From positions 1 to 56,303 of the forward strand of contig NZ_CAKZII010000081.1 in the NCBI RefSeq assembly GCF_936931525.1: DNA of 56,303 bases, read 5' to 3'. The notes below the pieces were generated by a model, which saw only the letters and a list, made by a program, of their open reading frames with translations, did not search any database and had not been told where the DNA came from. Source of the DNA: an uncultured Aurantimicrobium sp. Its GTDB lineage: Bacteria; Actinomycetota; Actinomycetes; Actinomycetales; Microbacteriaceae. Both the position numbers and the translations under genes were made by a program. Shown here piece after piece: positions 54,358 through 56,303 of the stretch (its first letter is position 1; each line of letters starts with the position of its first letter).

Positions 54358-54585
54358 ATGGCAGCACCAGTAGATGTCTCGAAGCTCAGCTACGAAGACG
54401 CACGTAATGAGCTTGTTGCTGTTGTTTCTCAGCTTGAGCAGGGAAGCCCCACTCTGGAAGAGACTCTGGCTCTCTGGGAACGCGGCGAAGCACTGGCCAA
54501 GCGCTGTGAAGAATGGCTTGTTGGTGCCAAAGAGCGTCTCAATGCTGCTCGTGCTGGATTAGACACAGGCGCTGCCGCCGAATGA
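54358..54585 (+). CDS. xseB: Exodeoxyribonuclease VII small subunit
   Basis: LSYEDARNEL...LEQG...LEETLALWERG...C. Confidence 0.95.
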   Translation: MAAPVDVSKLSYEDARNELVAVVSQLEQGSPTLEETLALWERGEALAKRCEEWLVGAKERLNAARAGLDTGAAAE

Positions 54586-55217
54586 GCAAAAAGCCCAAGA
54601 TTGTTGCCGAGCTAGGTCGTCCTGAGACACCAGCAGAAACTGCTGCTCGTAAGCAAGAGAATTCCAGGCTCTACAAATCTCGCAAGACCATCAACAACCT
54701 GGTCTACTCACTATTGGTGACTGTTGGTCTCGTCGCGGTGATCTACTTCCTGGTCCCCCGCGCTGAGGGTGAACCTAACTGGCAAGTTGACTACATCTCC
54801 GAGAGTCAGGTTGCCTCGCAGTCTCTCGGTGAAGACCTCCTGGTTCCTGCCATGCCTGAGCAGTGGCGAGCGAACGCAGCAGAGCTGCGTAATGCCGCAA
54901 ACGGCCAGGTCACCAGCTGGTACATCGGCTTCATTACCCCCAACGATAAGTTCATTGCGTTCAACGAAGCTTTCGATGCAAACGAAACCTGGGTTTCGAA
55001 CGAACTCAAGGATTACCCCGCCACCGGTGAAGTCACTATTGATGGCCAGGTGTGGACCGAGTACGACAATCGCTCTATGAGTGACGCAGGAAACGTCCAG
55101 TATGCATTGGTAACCTCCTCTGGGCGTTCGACTGTTGTCCTCTTTGGCACCGCAGACAACGCTGAATTTCTCCAACTAGCTACTTCGATCACGGCAGACC
55201 TGAGGAGCGCGCAATGA
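54582..55217 (+). CDS. DUF4245-like single-TM protein
   Basis: IVAELGRPETPAETAARK, a TM segment, WRANAA. ATGA overlap with xseB. Confidence 0.8.
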   Translation: MSKKPKIVAELGRPETPAETAARKQENSRLYKSRKTINNLVYSLLVTVGLVAVIYFLVPRAEGEPNWQVDYISESQVASQSLGEDLLVPAMPEQWRANAAELRNAANGQVTSWYIGFITPNDKFIAFNEAFDANETWVSNELKDYPATGEVTIDGQVWTEYDNRSMSDAGNVQYALVTSSGRSTVVLFGTADNAEFLQLATSITADLRSAQ

Positions 55218-55870
55218 CCAAGACCACCCCCGCTAAGGCCTGGGAAGAGATGACCCGTGGTAACGAACGCTTCGTTACGGGCGCTCCCGCTCACCCTCGT
55301 CAGGACGTTGACCGTCGTGCTGAACTCGTGGCAGCCCAGCGCCCTATGTCGGCACTGTTTGGATGCTCTGACTCCCGACTCGCTGCTGAAATCATCTTCG
55401 ATAAGGGACTCGGCGACCTGTTCGTGGTTCGTAACGCGGGCCAGATCATCTCTGACTCAGTGGTGGGTTCGTTGGAATATGCCGTCAGCGTTCTAGAGGT
55501 TCCCCTCATCGTTGTGCTTGGTCACGACAACTGTGGTGCGGTCAACGGTGCCATCAACATGCTGGGACCCGATGCCAACCCGCTTCCACCCCACATTGAG
55601 TCCCTAGTTTCGCGCATCGTTCCGGCTATCCGACGCGTTGCGGGCAAAGCTGGACTCTTTGCACCTGATGGCTCGCTGGATCCCCAAGCAGTTGATGCTC
55701 TCGAGGTTGGCCGTGAACACCTGCGCGACACCATCGCTGAACTCATGGAAAGCTCTGAGCTCATCACTCAGGCCATTGCCGAGGGAAACCTCGCCATCGT
55801 GGGCGCCAACTACCGACTCGGTCAGGGTCGTGTGCAGCCTGACGTTGTGGTCGGCGACATCGGCATCTAA
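55214..55870 (+). CDS. Beta-class carbonic anhydrase
   Basis: GNERF, GCSDSR, LFVVRNAG, GHDNCGAV zinc ligands. Confidence 0.95.
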   Translation: MTKTTPAKAWEEMTRGNERFVTGAPAHPRQDVDRRAELVAAQRPMSALFGCSDSRLAAEIIFDKGLGDLFVVRNAGQIISDSVVGSLEYAVSVLEVPLIVVLGHDNCGAVNGAINMLGPDANPLPPHIESLVSRIVPAIRRVAGKAGLFAPDGSLDPQAVDALEVGREHLRDTIAELMESSELITQAIAEGNLAIVGANYRLGQGRVQPDVVVGDIGI

Positions 55871-55909
55871 GAACCTTCGCTCCACCTCACCACCACAGCA
55901 AGGACGCTC

Positions 55910-56303
55910 ATGGCTCAGAACACAGACTTCCGCATTGAGCACGACACTATGGGTGAGGTGCTGGTGCCTATCAACGCGCTCTACGGCGCTCAGACTCAGC
56001 GCGCAGTGGAGAACTTCCCCATCTCAGGCACCACACTCGAGCCTGCACACATTGCCGCATTAGCCCAGATCAAGAAGTCGGCGGCTCTCGCTAATGCAGA
56101 ACTGGGTGTTTTGAACCAGAAGATTGCAGACTCCATCGCCTGGGCTGCAGATCAAGTCATTACGGGTAAGTATGACGACCAGTTCCCCATTGATATCTAT
56201 CAAACCGGATCAGGCACCAGCTCGAACATGAACATGAACGAGGTCTTGGCAACCCTTGCTTCAAGCAAGCTCAAGAAGCCCGTACATCCCAACGATCACG
56301 TGA
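55910..56303 (+). CDS. fumC: Fumarate hydratase class II (5' part, truncated by the window)
   Basis: Not in the ORF track. [17 protein letters not shown]...[16 protein letters not shown]...[15 protein letters not shown]...VHPNDHV. AAGGA SD. Confidence 0.95.
   Translation, partial: MAQNTDFRIEHDTMGEVLVPINALYGAQTQRAVENFPISGTTLEPAHIAALAQIKKSAALANAELGVLNQKIADSIAWAADQVITGKYDDQFPIDIYQTGSGTSSNMNMNEVLATLASSKLKKPVHPNDHV

Noticed and set aside
1-56303. CRISPR array, tRNA/rRNA, integrase/transposase, prophage or restriction-modification/defence genes
   Set aside because: No regularly spaced repeats, cloverleaf/rRNA signatures or relevant protein motifs were found by eye. The only defence-like element is the MazEF-like pair.

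Overview
Chromosomal segment of an actinobacterium, most likely a Microbacteriaceae member (inferred from gene order, moderate GC by eye and many apparently leaderless genes). A core backbone (ychF ... rmuC-MFS-glpX-fbaA-membrane protein ... ispH-xseA-xseB-DUF4245-carbonic anhydrase-fumC) is interrupted by two ~21-22 kb catabolic blocks. Block 1 (~3.3-25.6 kb) starts with a MazEF-like toxin-antitoxin pair and holds an expanded inositol/cyclitol locus: GntR (IolR-like) and LacI regulators, a sugar ABC transporter, four Gfo/Idh/MocA dehydrogenases, four TIM-barrel enzymes and the operon iolC-aldolase-iolA-iolB-iolD-iolE-iolH. Block 2 (~30.9-52.0 kb) holds mannitol/sorbitol uptake and oxidation genes plus a galactoside/raffinose-type locus (GH42, GH36, GH32/68-like, galETKM, ROK regulator, ABC components). 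The best unexplained signals are (i) a ~135-nt three-hairpin RNA element at 16160-16295 with its own promoter, an IolR-type box, a LacI-type operator and alternative folds (sRNA or attenuator), (ii) an unannotated 42-aa sorting-signal-like micropeptide heading a membrane-protein trio behind the cyclitol transporter, and (iii) an unassigned dehydrogenase + TIM-barrel pair co-transcribed with that transporter. No tRNA, rRNA, CRISPR array, integrase or transposase was seen. All family assignments come from motif recognition by eye, not from database searches.
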